This document shows positions 62,037 to 64,000 of a stretch of DNA of 64,000 nucleotides, one piece after another (within the stretch, counting starts at the first letter, position 1; each line of letters opens with the position of its first letter). Made by a program: the position numbers and the translations under genes. The notes under the pieces are model-generated. The model was not told the DNA's origin, searched no databases, and was given only the letters and a program-made list of their open reading frames with translations. Source of the DNA: Eledone cirrhosa (taxonomy: Eukaryota); NCBI GenBank assembly GCA_964016885.1, contig OZ024745.1:10478001-10542000 (forward strand), in the 5' to 3' direction.

Positions 62037-64000
62037 TCAGACAACATGCTTCACGGTGTATAGTTACAGTCCTTTATGGTTTGAGTTCAAATCCCATTGA
62101 GGTTAGCTTTGCCGTTCTTTCTTACGTTGGTCAATAAAATAAAGTACCAGTAATCCACTGGGGTTTATTTAATCAACTTCCCCCTCACTTAAAATCGAAG
62201 GCCTTGTCTCTAAATTAGAAATAGTTATTAGTAATTATAGGAATGTGTTGGATTGGAAGAATTGGCAGAGTGTCAGACAACGTGTTGCAGCAGTACTTGA
62301 CTTGTGAAGGTGCAGGGTTTAGCAGTTGTTCGGCTCAAGATTGTAAAGTTGTGAATTTGATTTCCAGCACCATGTTGTATCCTTGAGCAAGACACTTTAT
62401 TTCACATTGTTCAAGCCACTCAGCTGACAAAAAATGAGTAGTACCTATTTTTCAATGGGCAAAACTTGTCACTCACTTTATCACTTTGAATCTCTTGGAG
62501 AACTATGTTATCCCTTTCGCATTTAAACTAGCTGTATGCAGCCAAAATTCTCTCACCTCATTCTTTTCAAACTGGCCATAACTGGTCGCTCATACTGATG
62601 TTAAGGTATTGTTCTCAAAATGAATAACATCATCAAAATCTCACAGATTCAATATTATGTGAGGTAAAGACTTCACCGTGAAAATACAATAGTAAATATA
62701 ATGTAAATATTAAAGGGTTATGAACCTCATTTTTTAATTTACATTATTCTTACAATAGTTGCAGCTTTAATGTTTACAGTGAAGAGTTATTAGTTATTTT
62801 ACCACTGTTTAATTGTTTAGTCTAGAATGTTCAGCCATTCTCTCAACTTGGTGAAAAATAAAACAAAAATCTGTCTCACCTGTTGTCTGGTTTGTTGGAT
62901 TTTACACCTGCCTTTGTGTTGTTTAACGAGACACAAGAAATATGTGCTTCAAAAATTTAAATAACAATTAAAAATATAAAATGTGTGTGTGTGTACGAAG
63001 TGCTTGCATGAATCTGTCTCCATATATAAATGTATGTGTGTATGTTGTGTTAGTGTGTATGTTGTGGTAGTGTGATGATTTGATAACAAGGTTGACATGG
63101 AAGAAACATGAAAATTACTGCCGTTGATCCTGCTGTTGATGATGATGATGGTGATGGTGATGATGAGTTGGTGGTGGTGATGATGATGATGAGTTGGTGG
63201 TGGTGATGATGGTGATGATGAGTTGGTGGTGATGATGATGATGTAGTTTCTAGTCTATTCTAGTTTCCTTTGGCAGGAATATTTCTTTGAACACTTCAAA
63301 TTTTGATTTGAAGAAATATTTAAGAAGTTGTCTTTAATTAGTTCGCTGATAAACCAGCAATTGTCATTTTATATAAATATTTTGTAATTGTGTATCCTTT
63401 GGCAAAAATCAAACAAAATAACAAAAGCTTGTTTTCATGTATCTGAGAGAATACTTAGTACTGCCACCAGAGGTTAGGTTTTTTAAATTTTGTTCTCAAT
63501 ATTCTTTGTTATTTAATGGTAACACTTTCTAGCCATGTATATCTTAATCTATGGCACCACTAATTTATTTTCATCTGGAATGTTGATTTTTCCATGTTTT
63601 CCAGTATATTCTGAGTTAGTGTTGTAAATCTAAGAATCTTGTGCTTCTTTTAATGGAAGAAAATAAAAACTGAGCAAATGTTTAGAAAATGGTGGGATCT
63701 TACATTGGAATGGTTAATGTAACATTAGTATTGTTTAGATTGCTGTGGAATGGTTAGCACAACCATTGTATTGGCATGTTTTAGTAAAACTAGTACTATG
63801 AGTTATTCAGTGTTACATTGTTTAAATTTCTCTGTAATGACCACCACAGTATTGGTCAGTTTTAGTATAATTAGTACTCTATGTGTTGGAGTTATTTAGT
63901 GTTGCATTGTTTCTTTCTCCAGGTTGATGAATCAAGGAGTTGATTGGGTTCACTCCAGATTCATGTAACTCTCACCAAATATATAGTGAGATCCCCTCTC

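Noticed and set aside
63900-63960. Strong acceptor-like site tttctttctccag (63921-63922) as the next SHMT exon
   Set aside because: In the required phase it reads G-GT TGA (immediate stop) and shows no SHMT similarity.

Overview
Eukaryotic, AT-rich, extremely repeat-dense DNA. The repeat families ((CAT)n-tailed RTE LINEs, Meta-core tRNA SINEs, DD37D transposon, TA/CA microsatellites) suggest an invertebrate, probably a coleoid cephalopod such as Octopus; this is an inference. The only host gene is serine hydroxymethyltransferase (SHMT, probably cytosolic SHMT1) on the + strand. Three coding exons are visible (19841-20052, 56241-56599, 61357-61569), joined by GT-AG introns of about 36.2 kb and 4.8 kb, and the gene continues beyond the window. 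The rest is satellites and transposons: two near-full-length RTE-clade LINEs arranged head-to-head (APE endonuclease plus an RT that carries a PHD finger inside the RT core), several truncated RTEs, two CRE-like relics, SINEs, a non-autonomous Helitron, a DD37D/maT relic, and piggyBac- and mariner-type MITEs. Highlights: (1) a non-coding retrozyme/Penelope-like element with a 420-nt unit and a type I hammerhead ribozyme, whose first unit starts exactly at the predicted cleavage site; a second hammerhead lies nearby; (2) the PHD-in-RT LINEs; (3) most minisatellites can be traced to in-situ tandem amplification of short transposon segments. Nearly all long ORFs in the supplied track are satellite artefacts. 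Boundaries of degenerate repeats and all copy numbers are approximate, read by eye.
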